A stretch of DNA of 64,000 nt from Bacteroidales bacterium (GCA_015709215.1 JACCQN010000011.1:6106-70105), one strand, 5' to 3'. Positions 10,532 through 21,555 are shown, counted from the first letter of the stretch. Notes: a model not told the origin generated them from the sequence alone. A program made the numbers and translations.

Positions 10532-12646
10532 TTATTTGATAATTCCTTTAGCTTTATTGATAACTTCCTCAGCAACATTTTCAGGTGCCGGAGCATAGTG
10601 ACTAAACTCCATGCTCGAGGTGGCACGTCCGGAAGTTAAACTTCGTAGCGATGTTACATATCCAAACATTTCAGATAACGGAACATCGGCTTTTATTACC
10701 TGACCACTAACTTTAGCAGTCACTTCGCGCACAATAGCGCGACGTTTATTCAGGTCGCCTGTAACTTCACCCAGAAAATCGTCCGGTGTAAGTACCTCAA
10801 CCTTCATGATAGGTTCTAATAAAATTGATTTTGCTTTTCTGCATGCTTCTTTATAACCTAACCTGGCAGCCATCTCGAATGAAAGGGCATCGCTATCCAC
10901 TGCATGGAATGAGCCATCTATCAATCTTACTTTGATGCTGTCAACAGGATAACCAGCCAAAACACCATTAGAAAGAGACTCTCTGAAACCTTTCTGGATT
11001 GCAGGGATAAATTCGCGTGGAATATTACCGCCCTTTACTTCATCAACAAACTGCAATCCAACAACACCATCATCAGCAGGTCCAATCTCGAAGATGATAT
11101 CAGCAAACTTACCTTTACCTCCGGTTTGTTTTTTATAGGTTTCACGATGACTGGCTTTTGCCGTAAGCGCTTCTTTGTAAGCAACCTGTGGACGACCCTG
11201 ATTAGCTTCTACTTTGAACTCTCGTTTCAACCGATCAACCAAAATTTCAAGATGCAATTCACCCATACCGGAAATAATGGTTTGACCCGAATTCTCATCC
11301 GTTTTCACACGGAAAGTAGGATCTTCTTCGGCAAGTTTTGCAAGAGCAACTGACATTTTATCCATGTCAGCCTGAGTTTTTGGCTCAATCGATACATGAA
11401 TCACAGGCTCAGGGAATGTCATAGATTCCAAGAGGATAGGTCTGTTTTCAACACACAAAGTATCCCCTGTACGAATCTGTTTAAATCCAACAGCTGCACC
11501 AATATCGCCAGCTTCTATTCTGTCAAGTGGATTTTGCTTATTGGCATGCATCTGCATGATACGCGAAATACGCTCTTTTTTTCCGGTAGAAGCATTATAA
11601 ACATACGAGCCTGCTTCGAGCACACCAGAGTAAACACGAAAGAAGGCAATGCGTCCTACAAACGGATCCGTTGCAATTTTGAAGGCCAAAGCGCTAAATG
11701 GCTCATCAACACTAGCTTTTCTTAATTCTTCTTTATCCGTTTTTGGATTAATACCTTTTACTGCATCTACATCAAGCGGACTAGGCAAGAACTGGATAAT
11801 GCCGTTGAGCAGCATTTGAACACCTTTATTTTTGAAAGCTGAACCGCACATTACGGGATTTATCCGCAATTCGACAGTGGCTTTTCTAATCTGAGCAACG
11901 ATTTCGTCCTCAGTAATACTCTCCGGATCGTCGAGGAATTTTTCGAGCAACTCATCATTATCTTCGGCAACGCCTTCGATAAGTTTGAGACGATATTTCT
12001 CGGCTGTTTCTTTAAGATCATCTGGTATAGGCACTTCTACGACAACAACGCCTTTAGAACTATCGTCCCAAACAAATGCCTTATTACGGATCAAATCTAC
12101 AACGCCAATAAAAGTATCCTCTTCACCCATGGGAATTTGCAGGGGAATAGGGTTTGCCCCAAGACGGTCTTTAATTTGCTCAAGAACGCTATAAAAGTCC
12201 GCTCCTGAGCGATCCATTTTGTTAACAAAACAAAGCCTTGGCACCTTATATTTATCAGCCTGTCGCCAAACTGTTTCAGATTGGGGTTCAACGCCACCTA
12301 CAGCACAAAACAGTGCAACAGCGCCATCCAGCACACGCAAGGAACGCTCAACCTCAACGGTAAAGTCAACGTGCCCGGGAGTATCAATAATATTTATCTT
12401 ATATTTTTCCTGATCAAAATCCCAGAAAACAGTCGTAGCAGCTGAGGTAATAGTTATGCCCCGCTCCTGCTCCTGAACCATCCAGTCCATGGTAGCAGAA
12501 CCTTCATGAACTTCACCCAGTTTATGGCTGCGTCCGGTATAGTAAAGGATACGCTCTGTAGTAGTAGTTTTACCCGCGTCAATATGAGCCATAATGCCAA
12601 TATTACGGGTATGTTTCAGATTTTGTATGGTCTTTGCGTCTGCCAT
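10532..12646 (-). CDS. fusA: elongation factor G
   Basis: 704 aa, [24 protein letters not shown]...DTPGHVDFT...; str operon position. Confidence 0.98.
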   Translation of the reverse strand: MADAKTIQNLKHTRNIGIMAHIDAGKTTTTERILYYTGRSHKLGEVHEGSATMDWMVQEQERGITITSAATTVFWDFDQEKYKINIIDTPGHVDFTVEVERSLRVLDGAVALFCAVGGVEPQSETVWRQADKYKVPRLCFVNKMDRSGADFYSVLEQIKDRLGANPIPLQIPMGEEDTFIGVVDLIRNKAFVWDDSSKGVVVVEVPIPDDLKETAEKYRLKLIEGVAEDNDELLEKFLDDPESITEDEIVAQIRKATVELRINPVMCGSAFKNKGVQMLLNGIIQFLPSPLDVDAVKGINPKTDKEELRKASVDEPFSALAFKIATDPFVGRIAFFRVYSGVLEAGSYVYNASTGKKERISRIMQMHANKQNPLDRIEAGDIGAAVGFKQIRTGDTLCVENRPILLESMTFPEPVIHVSIEPKTQADMDKMSVALAKLAEEDPTFRVKTDENSGQTIISGMGELHLEILVDRLKREFKVEANQGRPQVAYKEALTAKASHRETYKKQTGGKGKFADIIFEIGPADDGVVGLQFVDEVKGGNIPREFIPAIQKGFRESLSNGVLAGYPVDSIKVRLIDGSFHAVDSDALSFEMAARLGYKEACRKAKSILLEPIMKVEVLTPDDFLGEVTGDLNKRRAIVREVTAKVSGQVIKADVPLSEMFGYVTSLRSLTSGRATSSMEFSHYAPAPENVAEEVINKAKGIIK

Positions 12647-12675
12647 TTTATTTGTAAGCGTATTTGCCTTAATTA

Positions 12676-13143
12676 CTAGAATCTAAAATGAGAGAAAGCC
12701 TTATTGGCCTCTGCCATTCTATGGGTATCTTCTTTTTTCTTAAATGCTGCACCTTCTTCTTTATAAGCAGCCATAATTTCACCTGCAAGTTTTTGTCCCA
12801 TTGATTTCTCGTGACGTTTACGGGAATAGCCAATAAGGTTTTTCATGCCAATGGATTGCTTACGGCCAGGACGAATTTCTGAAGGAATCTGAAAAGTTGC
12901 ACCACCGATACGACGGCTTCTAACTTCAACAGCTGGAGTAACGTTTGCCAAAGCCTTTTTCCAAACCTCAACAGCATCCTCGCCGGTTTTTTGACCAACG
13001 ATCTCCATGGCTTCATAAAAAACCTGATAAGCAATATTTTTTTTGCCTTTGAGCATAATGTTATTCACAAACTTTGTAACCATAACATCCCCAAATTTTG
13101 GGTCAGGCAAAATGATTCTTTTTTTTGGTTTAGCTTTTCTCAT
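12676..13143 (-). CDS. rpsG: 30S ribosomal protein S7
   Basis: 155 aa, [27 protein letters not shown]... Confidence 0.97.
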   Translation of the reverse strand: MRKAKPKKRIILPDPKFGDVMVTKFVNNIMLKGKKNIAYQVFYEAMEIVGQKTGEDAVEVWKKALANVTPAVEVRSRRIGGATFQIPSEIRPGRKQSIGMKNLIGYSRKRHEKSMGQKLAGEIMAAYKEEGAAFKKKEDTHRMAEANKAFSHFRF

Positions 13144-13187
13144 TGATTAAAATCTTAGACTGAAAAACACTGTTAGTTATGACTATC

Positions 13188-13565
13188 TTATTTTTTCTTT
13201 GGGCGTTTGGTACCATATTTCGAACGACGCTGCGAACGACCTTCTACACCAGAGGTATCAAGTGCTCCACGAATGATGTGGTAACGAACGCCAGGTAAAT
13301 CTTTCACACGACCTCCGCGAATCATTACAATTGAGTGTTCCTGTAGGTTGTGACCTTCTCCAGGAATATAAGCATTCACTTCTTTTCCATTTGTTAAACG
13401 AACCCTGGCCACTTTACGCATGGCCGAATTAGGCTTTTTGGGGGTAGTAGTATAAACCCTTACACAAACTCCGCGTCGTTGTGGGCATGAATCCAGTGCA
13501 GGAGACTTGCTTTTATCAACCAGTTTTTGGCGCCCTTTTCGCACTAATTGTTGAATAGTCGGCAT
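13188..13565 (-). CDS. rpsL: 30S ribosomal protein S12
   Basis: 125 aa, [13 protein letters not shown]...[21 protein letters not shown]... Confidence 0.98.
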   Translation of the reverse strand: MPTIQQLVRKGRQKLVDKSKSPALDSCPQRRGVCVRVYTTTPKKPNSAMRKVARVRLTNGKEVNAYIPGEGHNLQEHSIVMIRGGRVKDLPGVRYHIIRGALDTSGVEGRSQRRSKYGTKRPKKK

Positions 13566-13611
13566 TTTAAACTATTTAATTTATTGTTAATTTAACCCGA
13601 TTTTGGGAGCG

Positions 13612-13619
13612 CAAAAGTA
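13612..13619 (-). promoter_or_regulatory. Bacteroidota-type -7 box TACTTTTG (proximal promoter of the rpsL operon)
   Basis: The minus strand reads TACTTTTGCGCTCCCAAAAT about 45 nt upstream of the rpsL ATG. It matches the TAnnTTTG consensus known for Bacteroidota sigma-A promoters. Confidence 0.5.
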
Positions 13620-13852
13620 CCATAAATTCGTAAACAAACAATACTTTGCTCTAAATTAATTTCTTAACACTTTAAGGGATGTAGTTGAAGGAGGGATAAA
13701 CCTTGTTGGCAAAGGTTCTAAAAACACATGTGAGCTAATATTTTCGGCATTTTTGAGCCCTCACATGAAGAAACCTATTACGTTTTAGCTTATCAGGTTC
13801 CTTTAACTATATCGTTTCCAGTTACTTTTAACTTCCCAACGTTTTGGGGCTG

Positions 13853-13860
13853 CAAAGGTA
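13853..13860 (-). promoter_or_regulatory. second (distal) -7 box TACCTTTG upstream of rpsL
   Basis: The minus strand reads TACCTTTGCAGCCCCAAAAC, nearly the same 20-mer as the proximal box. Use of this box would give a leader of about 280 nt. Confidence 0.4.
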
Positions 13861-14315
13861 AAAAGATTTTTTTACCGAACAAGAACTTCCTTATTTTTTT
13901 TTCACAAAGTTATTGTTTTACCATTTATCAAATATTCCCTAGCCCTACAAAAACTTCTATCGGTTTTATTACTGCAAATAAATGTGATAAAGGAAAACTG
14001 TAAACGATTATGAGTTAAGATGACCTCATTATTTTCTTCTCTAAGCGTTGCATTGTAGCCCCAAACCCCAAAAAAATTGAGGGATTTAAGTATCGCTTAA
14101 CAAAACAATCAAGGTTTTTATCTACTAAAATCAAAACCTTTACTCAACACCTCTCAGAACTGAAGCCCCTAATTTTTATGAAAGCATTACAATTCACAAC
14201 AATAACAACGGCAACGACATAGACAACTCCAACAACCAAAACAACTATGAAAACAGCTACACCATCGTCCCCCATTAAATATCCTCAACACGCCCATCCT
14301 TCTCACGAAATAATG

Positions 14316-14323
14316 TAGCTTTG
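14316..14323 (+). promoter_or_regulatory. -7 box TAGCTTTG for the helicase gene
   Basis: TAGCTTTGCAACCCAAAAAC ends about 20 nt before the GTG start at 14344. Confidence 0.45.
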
Positions 14324-14343
14324 CAACCCAAAAACTTAGTTCA

Positions 14344-16626
14344 GTGATTGAATTACTACAACAGTTAAACGAGCCACAGCGTAAGGCTGTACAAACAATC
14401 GATGGTCCGGTAATGGTTATTGCCGGTGCCGGATCGGGAAAAACACGCGCCCTTACTTTTCGCATTGCCTATATGTTGCAACAAGGCGTTGATGCCTTTC
14501 AAATTCTGGCATTGACTTTTACAAATAAAGCAGCTCGTGAGATGAAAGAGAGGGTGATACAATTAGTTGGTAGTCAGGAAGCCCGCAACGTTTGGATGGG
14601 GACTTTCCATTCCATTTTCGCCCGAATCCTGCGCGTTGAAGGACATCACCTTGGCTATCCGTCTAATTTTACGATTTACGATACTGACGACACAAAACAG
14701 CTGATTCGCAATATCCTCAAGGATATGAACCTCGATCCCAAGGTGTACAAACCTTCTTTTGTTTTGCACCGTATTTCGAATGCCAAATCGAATCTGTTTT
14801 CCGCTGAGGACTACCTTAATAATCCCGATATCCGCACGGCTGATTTACAAGCCGGCAAGCCCTTGATTGGTGATATCTTTAAAAACTACAACGCCCGGCT
14901 CAAAAGAGCCAACGCTATGGATTTCGATGATCTTTTGTTCAATACCAATGTGCTTCTTCGCGATTTTCCTGAAGTGCTCTATAAATATCAGCATCGTTTT
15001 AAGTATATTTTGGTCGATGAGTATCAAGACACTAATCACGCTCAATACCTTATTGTAAAGCGTATTGCCGCACTAAACGAAAATATCTGTGTGGTTGGCG
15101 ACGATGCCCAGAGTATTTATGCTTTTAGAGGGGCAAACATTCAGAATATCCTGAATTTTAAAAATGATTATCCTGATCACACCTTAATAAGACTAGAGCA
15201 GAATTACCGCTCAACTAAAATTATTGTTGATGCCGCAAATCATGTAATTGAAAATAACAAGGATCAAATCAAGAAAAAAGTTTGGACGGATAAAGAACAA
15301 GGTGAATTAATCAGTTTGTTGCGTGCAACTTCAGATAATGAAGAAGGCGTTCTGGTTGCCAATGCTATTTTCGAACACAAAATGTCGAAACAGCTTAAAA
15401 ACAAAGATTTTGCCATCCTTTACAGGACCAATGCACAATCGCGTTCGATAGAAGAAGCTTTACGCAAGCAAGGAATTCCATACCGCATCTTTGGTGGTTT
15501 GTCGTTTTATGCTCGTAAAGAAGTTAAAGATCTCCTCTCTTATTTCAGATTAGTAATAAACCCTCTCGATGAGGAGGCTTTGTTACGTATTATCAATTAC
15601 CCTGCTCGCGGCATTGGAAAAACCACTATCGAACGGCTTATAGTAGCAGCTAATGAGCAGGAAATCAGCGTTTGGAATTTAATCAACGAGCCGTCGCTCA
15701 TTCCCAACGATATCAATCGCGGAGCTCAGAACAAGCTGCATGATTTTGTGAATATGATCAGAAGTTTTCAGGCTTTGCATGAAACAAAAACTGCTTTTGA
15801 ACTGGCCAAACACATTAATAGTAGTGTAGGGATTGTAGCAGCCTTAAAGGAAGACGACAGCCCCGAAGGTATCAGCCGGATCGAAAATATCGAAGAGCTC
15901 CTCAATGCTATCATGGAGTTTTCTGACAAGCAAGTGGATGAAGCCACCGGAGAACAAATGGGCGTGAAACTGGCAGATTTTATGCAAGATATTGCATTGC
16001 TAACTGATGCTGATAAAAAAGACCCTGAAGACGATGATTATGTGAGCATGATGACCATCCATTCGGCCAAAGGCCTTGAGTTTCCTTATGTTTATGTGGT
16101 TGGAATAGAAGAAAACCTTTTCCCTTCAATCCAGTCGCTAGGCACAAGAGCCGAACTGGAAGAAGAACGCAGGCTCTTTTATGTTGCTATCACAAGAGCC
16201 AAAACCAAGCTCACACTCAGTTATGCTGAAAGCCGCTATCGTTGGGGAAACCTCAGTTTATGCGAACCTTCGCGCTTTTTGGAAGAGATCAATGAGCAAC
16301 TTATCGACAAACCCCGCAAAGCAGGCATTCGCAGAAAAGCAACAACAGAAGACTTTTCCAAAATAGCTGAAGGGTCTAAACTCAAATCCATGCAGCAGGC
16401 AACACAGCAAAACCAAAGCACTGTTGCTGTTTCTTCAGAAGGTGATTTTGAAGCCTCAGATCTGGAAGCCTTGCAAAATGGCATGGAAGTAACTCATCAA
16501 AAATTTGGAAAAGGAAAAATCATCAGTATCGAAGGTACTGGCGCCAATCGTAAAGCAACTGTGCAATTTGCAGCCTACGGACAGAAGCAACTTTTACTAA
16601 AATTTGCCCGCCTTAAAATTGTATAG
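14344..16626 (+). CDS. UvrD/PcrA/Rep-family ATP-dependent DNA helicase with C-terminal Tudor-like domain
   Basis: 760 aa, LNEPQRKAVQTIDGPVMVIAGAGSGKTR (Walker A), VDEYQDTN, and C-terminal GMEVTHQKFGKGKIISIEG...; GTG start. Confidence 0.93.
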   Translation: MIELLQQLNEPQRKAVQTIDGPVMVIAGAGSGKTRALTFRIAYMLQQGVDAFQILALTFTNKAAREMKERVIQLVGSQEARNVWMGTFHSIFARILRVEGHHLGYPSNFTIYDTDDTKQLIRNILKDMNLDPKVYKPSFVLHRISNAKSNLFSAEDYLNNPDIRTADLQAGKPLIGDIFKNYNARLKRANAMDFDDLLFNTNVLLRDFPEVLYKYQHRFKYILVDEYQDTNHAQYLIVKRIAALNENICVVGDDAQSIYAFRGANIQNILNFKNDYPDHTLIRLEQNYRSTKIIVDAANHVIENNKDQIKKKVWTDKEQGELISLLRATSDNEEGVLVANAIFEHKMSKQLKNKDFAILYRTNAQSRSIEEALRKQGIPYRIFGGLSFYARKEVKDLLSYFRLVINPLDEEALLRIINYPARGIGKTTIERLIVAANEQEISVWNLINEPSLIPNDINRGAQNKLHDFVNMIRSFQALHETKTAFELAKHINSSVGIVAALKEDDSPEGISRIENIEELLNAIMEFSDKQVDEATGEQMGVKLADFMQDIALLTDADKKDPEDDDYVSMMTIHSAKGLEFPYVYVVGIEENLFPSIQSLGTRAELEEERRLFYVAITRAKTKLTLSYAESRYRWGNLSLCEPSRFLEEINEQLIDKPRKAGIRRKATTEDFSKIAEGSKLKSMQQATQQNQSTVAVSSEGDFEASDLEALQNGMEVTHQKFGKGKIISIEGTGANRKATVQFAAYGQKQLLLKFARLKIV

Positions 16627-16648
16627 CACACACTTAGGGTATATTGTG

Positions 16649-16656
16649 TAATTTTG
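16649..16656 (+). promoter_or_regulatory. -7 box TAATTTTG upstream of DUF4290-murA
   Basis: TAnnTTTG match about 85 nt upstream of the ATG at 16739. Confidence 0.4.
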
Positions 16657-16738
16657 CCGCTGGTGCAAATCTAAGCTTACTCACTTTTATTTTCAGATTA
16701 AGACGCCTAAACTTAACATTGGATAAAAATTTAATAGC

Positions 16739-17398
16739 ATGACAAACGATTCTCTTACTTACAATACAATAAGATCAAAAATGGTTATTCCGGAATACGG
16801 ACGCAACATCCAATCCATGATTGAGCACCTGCTTACCATCGAAGATCGCAAGCAACGCACAGCTGCTGCACATTTTGTAGTTTCGGTTATGGCACAAATG
16901 AATCCACAGGTAAAAGAAACTGATGATTACCTTCACAAACTCTGGGATCATCTGCATATCATCGCCGATTACAAACTTGATGTGGACGGCCCTTTCGAGA
17001 TTCCCGCCAACGAAATTCAAAATATCAAGCCCAAACATCCGGGCTATGGCCAAAAGAAACCCAAATATGGTCACTATGGCCATTATTTGATGGAAATGAT
17101 TAATGTAGCCAAATCTATCGAAGACGAAGATGAAAAACGAGCGATCACATTTGCTATCGCAAATCAACTCAAGAAAGACTACCTCAATTGGAATCGCGAA
17201 ACAGTGAACGACCCAATCATTTTGGCCGAGCTGGAGCGCGTCTCGGATGGGGCCCTCTCACTTCCAGAAAATACAAAATTGGTTTCACCCTCAGAAGTGA
17301 TCGGAAAAACACCTGCTAATCAAGCAGCAAACAAAAAGAAAAAACCCAACAAGAAAAAAGATAATTTCAAAAGCCGGGGAAATTCCAACAGACGCTAA
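16739..17398 (+). CDS. DUF4290 domain-containing protein (Lys-rich C-terminal tail)
   Basis: 219 aa, MVIPEYGRNIQSMIEHLL...KLWDHLHII. From memory, this family normally sits just upstream of murA in Bacteroidota. Confidence 0.8.
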   Translation: MTNDSLTYNTIRSKMVIPEYGRNIQSMIEHLLTIEDRKQRTAAAHFVVSVMAQMNPQVKETDDYLHKLWDHLHIIADYKLDVDGPFEIPANEIQNIKPKHPGYGQKKPKYGHYGHYLMEMINVAKSIEDEDEKRAITFAIANQLKKDYLNWNRETVNDPIILAELERVSDGALSLPENTKLVSPSEVIGKTPANQAANKKKKPNKKKDNFKSRGNSNRR

Positions 17399-17430
17399 AA
17401 TAAGCAAAAATTAAAACAAAGCATTTTGTT

Positions 17431-18738
17431 ATGGGCTCATTCAGAATCACAGGAGGAGGCACTTTAAGTGGAACAATTAAGCCGCAGGGAGCAAAAAATG
17501 AGGCCCTTCAGATTTTATGCGCCTGCCTGTTAACTGAAAAAACTGTAACCATTACAAACCTGCCTGATATCCTGGATGTAAACAACCTGATCGACCTCCT
17601 CGGAGGATTGGGTGTTGAAGTGGAACGTATTTCGCGTTCTAAAGTAAATCTCACCGCAAATCACATTGAGCTCGACTACCTAAAATCAGAAGAATTTATC
17701 CGCCGTGCTGCCAGCCTTAGAGGCAGCATCATGATTTTGGGGCCATTATTAGCACGCTTTCATAAGGCTTACCTTCCTCATCCAGGTGGCGATAAAATTG
17801 GGCGCCGAAGGCTCGACACTCATTTTATCGGGTTGCAAAAACTTGGGGCATGTTTTATTGAAAACATCCAAAACAAATGCTACGAAATTGAAGCACCTCA
17901 AGGGTTAAGCGGCGCTTATATGCTGCTGGACGAGGCTTCGGTTACCGGAACAGCAAACATTATTATGGCTGCCACTTTAGCTAAAGGAACTACTACCATA
18001 TTTAATGCAGCCTGCGAACCTTATATCGTGCAGCTGTGCGAAATGCTTGTAAGGATGGGAGCCCGCATTGAAGGTATCGGATCCAATTTACTCAAGATCA
18101 TTGGTGTTAAAAACCTTGCCGGCACTTCACACTGCCTTTTGGCCGATATGATCGAAGTGGGAAGTTTTATCGGTATGGCGGCCATGACACGCTCTGCCAT
18201 CCGAATTCAGGACGCAGGGATCGAATCTCTGGGAATGATTCCGCAGGTATTTCAAAAATTGGGAATAAAATTACAGTTTGAAGGCGACGATATCATCATA
18301 CCTCAGCAGGAAAGTTATGAGGTTGAAACCTTTATGGATGGTGGAATCATGACCATAGCCGATGCACCCTGGCCAGGTTTTACACCCGACCTGATAAGTA
18401 TTGTGCTGGTGGTGGCCACTCAGGCAAAAGGGACCGTATTGATCCATCAAAAAATGTTCGAAAGCCGTCTGTTTTTCGTGGATAAGCTCATTGATATGGG
18501 GGCTCAGATTATCCTCTGCGATCCGCACCGTGCCAATGTAATTGGATTAAATCATGCACATCCTCTCAAAGGAATCAGAATGAGTTCTCCCGACATTCGC
18601 GCCGGCGTAGCTTTGCTGATAGCAGCACTCTCGGCCAGAGGAGAAAGCATTATTGATAATATCGACCAGATTGATCGCGGCTATCAATTCATCGATAAAA
18701 GGTTGCAGGCTTTAGGCGCTAAAATCGAACGCATCTAG
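17431..18738 (+). CDS. murA: UDP-N-acetylglucosamine 1-carboxyvinyltransferase
   Basis: 435 aa, FRITGGGTLSGTIKPQGAKNEALQILCACLL...GGDKIGRRRLDTH. Confidence 0.95.
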   Translation: MGSFRITGGGTLSGTIKPQGAKNEALQILCACLLTEKTVTITNLPDILDVNNLIDLLGGLGVEVERISRSKVNLTANHIELDYLKSEEFIRRAASLRGSIMILGPLLARFHKAYLPHPGGDKIGRRRLDTHFIGLQKLGACFIENIQNKCYEIEAPQGLSGAYMLLDEASVTGTANIIMAATLAKGTTTIFNAACEPYIVQLCEMLVRMGARIEGIGSNLLKIIGVKNLAGTSHCLLADMIEVGSFIGMAAMTRSAIRIQDAGIESLGMIPQVFQKLGIKLQFEGDDIIIPQQESYEVETFMDGGIMTIADAPWPGFTPDLISIVLVVATQAKGTVLIHQKMFESRLFFVDKLIDMGAQIILCDPHRANVIGLNHAHPLKGIRMSSPDIRAGVALLIAALSARGESIIDNIDQIDRGYQFIDKRLQALGAKIERI

Positions 18739-18829
18739 TTAAAATTATTCGGTCTGTCATTTTGGCAAGACCTATGCCGCTGGCAAAATCTTTGATGTGC
18801 CACCCGCAAAAATCTTGTAAAGAAAAATT

Positions 18830-19441
18830 ATGGAAGAGCAGAAAAATAACAGTAGGGAAATGGAAGGTTTCGAAGATGTTCAAATTGACGATAACACTAC
18901 TCAAAAACAAAAACAGGATTCGAAACCAAAGGATCAATCGGGCGACCTTAAACAGAAACGCACGCGAGTGAGAAAAGACCGAAAGAAAAAACAACAAGAT
19001 GGGGTTGCCCAGGAAAAATATGATGAGCTAAACGACAAATACCTGCGATTATTCTCGGAGTTCGATAACTTTAGAAAAAGAACCCTTAAAGAGAAGATAG
19101 AACTAAGCAAAACCGCTTCAGAAGATGTGATTAAAGCCTTGCTTCCGGTTGTTGACGATTTTGAACGTGCATTGCAAGCCATGGAAGGGCAGCATGCTCC
19201 CGAAGCAACAGTCGAAGGCATTAACTTAATTTATAATAAGTTAATTAAAACATTGCAGCAAAAAGGATTAGCTGAAATGAAAGCCCTAAACGAAACTTTT
19301 AACACAGATTTCCATGAAGCACTCACAAATATTCCTGCTCCGGAGCCGGAACTCAAAGGCAAAGTGTTAGATGTGATTCAAAAAGGCTACCTGCTCAACG
19401 GAAAAGTAATTCGTTTTGCCCGCGTAGTAGTAGGTAACTAA
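18830..19441 (+). CDS. grpE: nucleotide exchange factor GrpE
   Basis: 203 aa, YLRLFSEFDNFRKRTLKEK...VIRFARVVVG; followed by dnaJ. Confidence 0.95.
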   Translation: MEEQKNNSREMEGFEDVQIDDNTTQKQKQDSKPKDQSGDLKQKRTRVRKDRKKKQQDGVAQEKYDELNDKYLRLFSEFDNFRKRTLKEKIELSKTASEDVIKALLPVVDDFERALQAMEGQHAPEATVEGINLIYNKLIKTLQQKGLAEMKALNETFNTDFHEALTNIPAPEPELKGKVLDVIQKGYLLNGKVIRFARVVVGN

Positions 19442-19458
19442 TTCAATAATATTTATTT

Positions 19459-20601
19459 ATGTCGAAAAGAGACTATTACGAAATACTTGAAATAGACCGT
19501 AACGCTTCGGAAACAGAGATAAAAAAAGCCTACCGCAAAATGGCTTTAAGGTATCATCCGGACAAAAATCCAGATGACAAATCTGCAGAAGAAAAATTCA
19601 AAGAAGCTGCCGAAGCTTATGAAGTGTTGAGTAATCCTGACAAAAAAGCCAGATACGACCGATATGGCCATGCCGGTGTTGGTGGCGCAGCAGGAGGTGG
19701 CTTTGGCGGAGGTGGCATGAGCATGGATGATATTTTTAGCCAGTTTGGTGATATTTTTGGAGGTGCTTTTGGCGGCTTTGGCAGCTCAAGAAGTCAGCGA
19801 CGACGCGTTAACAAAGGCTCCAATCTAAGGGTAAAGGTAAAACTCAATCTCAAAGAAATTGCCAACGGAGTTGAAAAAAAGATCAAGGTAAACAAATACG
19901 TCTCCTGCAAGCATTGCGAAGGAACCGGCGCCGACAACGGAAGCAGCTATGCCACCTGCTCTACCTGTAATGGCAGCGGACATATCACTCAGGTAACCAA
20001 CACTTTTCTCGGGCAAATGCAAACCACTTCCACCTGCCCGAGCTGCGGTGGTGAAGGAAGAATAATCACCAAAAAATGTACGCACTGCCAGGGTAATGGC
20101 GTAGTGAGAGATGAAGAAATCATCAGCCTGAATATACCTGCTGGTGTGGCAGAAGGCATGCAGTTGTCATTAAGTGGTAAAGGCAATGCCGGAGCTCGCG
20201 GGGGAATTCCAGGCGACCTGATCGTCCTGGTTGAAGAAGAAAAACATCCTGAGCTCGAACGCGATGGCAATAATTTGATTCATAACCTTTTCATCAGCTT
20301 TCCGCAAGCTGCGCTTGGTGCTCAGATAGAAGTGCCTACCATCGATGGAAAAGCACGGATGAAAATCAATCCCGGAACGCAATCCGGAAAAGTGCTCCGT
20401 TTGAAAGGCAAAGGATTACCCAGTGTAAATAGCTATGGAACTGGCGATCTTCTGGTGAATATAAATGTGTGGACGCCAAAAAACCTCACCAAAGAAGAAA
20501 CTGAAATACTGGAAAAACTGGAAAAAGCTGATAATTTTAAACCTAACCCAACTGCCAGTGAAAAAAGCTATTTCAACAAGATGAAAGATTTTTTTAGTTG
20601 A
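19459..20601 (+). CDS. dnaJ: molecular chaperone DnaJ
   Basis: 380 aa with a J domain ([13 protein letters not shown]), a G/F region and four CxxCxGxG zinc motifs. Confidence 0.97.
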   Translation: MSKRDYYEILEIDRNASETEIKKAYRKMALRYHPDKNPDDKSAEEKFKEAAEAYEVLSNPDKKARYDRYGHAGVGGAAGGGFGGGGMSMDDIFSQFGDIFGGAFGGFGSSRSQRRRVNKGSNLRVKVKLNLKEIANGVEKKIKVNKYVSCKHCEGTGADNGSSYATCSTCNGSGHITQVTNTFLGQMQTTSTCPSCGGEGRIITKKCTHCQGNGVVRDEEIISLNIPAGVAEGMQLSLSGKGNAGARGGIPGDLIVLVEEEKHPELERDGNNLIHNLFISFPQAALGAQIEVPTIDGKARMKINPGTQSGKVLRLKGKGLPSVNSYGTGDLLVNINVWTPKNLTKEETEILEKLEKADNFKPNPTASEKSYFNKMKDFFS

Positions 20602-20613
20602 TAGATCATCCGG

Positions 20614-21555
20614 ATGCAAGCCTACCTTAGCATACAAGAAGTTACAAAACGTTACGCGAATCACCTGGCGCTGGATGATGTTAGCATCGAAATCCCGCAA
20701 AATAAAATCTTTGGCCTGTTAGGACCCAACGGTGCCGGCAAAACCTCGCTCATCCGAATCATCAATCAGATAACTGCGCCCGATAGCGGAAAGGTATTGA
20801 TTAAGGGACAAGCGCTTCAGGCTGATCATATTACACGAATTGGATATTTGCCGGAAGAGCGTGGCCTGTACAAAAAAATGAAGGTTGGCGAACAGGCGAT
20901 ATACCTGGCTCAGCTTAAAGGCTTGTCGAAACATGAGGCAAAAACTAAGCTAAAAGACTGGTTCGAGAGGTTTGACATCCTCAACTGGTGGGATCGCAAA
21001 GTGGAAGAGCTTTCGAAAGGTATGCAGCAAAAAATCCAGTTTGTGGTTACGGTGCTGCACAAGCCCGAATTACTCATTTTTGACGAGCCATTCAGCGGAT
21101 TTGATCCTATCAACGTGAACTTGCTGAAAGCTGAAATACTTAAATTAAGAGAACAGGGGGCAACCATTATTTTTTCGACCCACAATATGGCTTCCGTTGA
21201 AGAATTATGCGATCAGATTGCTCTTATCAATCAGGGGAAAAAAATATTGGAAGGTGAGGTAAACGCTCTAAAAATTGCCAACCGCAATTATACCTACAAC
21301 TGTGAAATTCACTATCCGGTTAACGGTTGGAACACAATTTTGGAAAGCCTTCCGGTTGAATTGCTCAACGTAAAATCTGAACTCAGCAAGATCAAACTTC
21401 ACATCAAAACTGCATCTTCGCTAAGCAGCAACGAATTACTGAAAATGATGCTTCCTTTGGGCGAAGTGGCATCATTTCAGGAATTACTGCCCAGTATGAA
21501 TGATATCTTTATTCAAAAAGTTGGAAAACCTGCTAAACCCGCTGGCGATGAATAA
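20614..21555 (+). CDS. ABC transporter ATP-binding protein (ABC-2 type)
   Basis: 313 aa, GLLGPNGAGKTSLIRII (Walker A), LSKGMQQK (signature), LLIFDEP (Walker B). Confidence 0.9.
   Translation: MQAYLSIQEVTKRYANHLALDDVSIEIPQNKIFGLLGPNGAGKTSLIRIINQITAPDSGKVLIKGQALQADHITRIGYLPEERGLYKKMKVGEQAIYLAQLKGLSKHEAKTKLKDWFERFDILNWWDRKVEELSKGMQQKIQFVVTVLHKPELLIFDEPFSGFDPINVNLLKAEILKLREQGATIIFSTHNMASVEELCDQIALINQGKKILEGEVNALKIANRNYTYNCEIHYPVNGWNTILESLPVELLNVKSELSKIKLHIKTASSLSSNELLKMMLPLGEVASFQELLPSMNDIFIQKVGKPAKPAGDE

Noticed and set aside
14178-14222. Thr-codon-rich mini-ORF (MKALQFTTITTATT) read as a transcription-attenuation leader peptide.
   Set aside because: The downstream sequence is too G-poor to form terminator or antiterminator hairpins. 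The next gene is a DNA helicase rather than an amino-acid biosynthesis gene, and the helicase promoter box lies downstream of the mini-ORF. It is kept only as a compositional oddity in the findings.
13566-14343. Possible replication origin, because gene orientation switches from minus (ribosomal operon) to plus here and the spacer is long and AT-rich.
   Set aside because: I found no cluster of DnaA boxes. The best matches to TTATCCACA have 2-3 mismatches. Orientation flips again several times further along (38285, 50462, 51514, 57248), and no dnaA or dnaN is nearby.
14187-14465. 92-aa minus-strand ORF with a Cys-rich tail.
   Set aside because: Its N-terminal two thirds run antisense to the conserved Walker A region of the helicase gene. 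The Cys-rich part is simply the complement of the ACA/ACN-rich tract.
18763-18778. Sigma-54-like element TGGCAAGACCTATGCC upstream of grpE-dnaJ, with GG and GC 12 nt apart.
   Set aside because: The -12 element is ATGC rather than TTGC. It is a single occurrence with no enhancer-binding-protein gene nearby, so chance is the likelier explanation.
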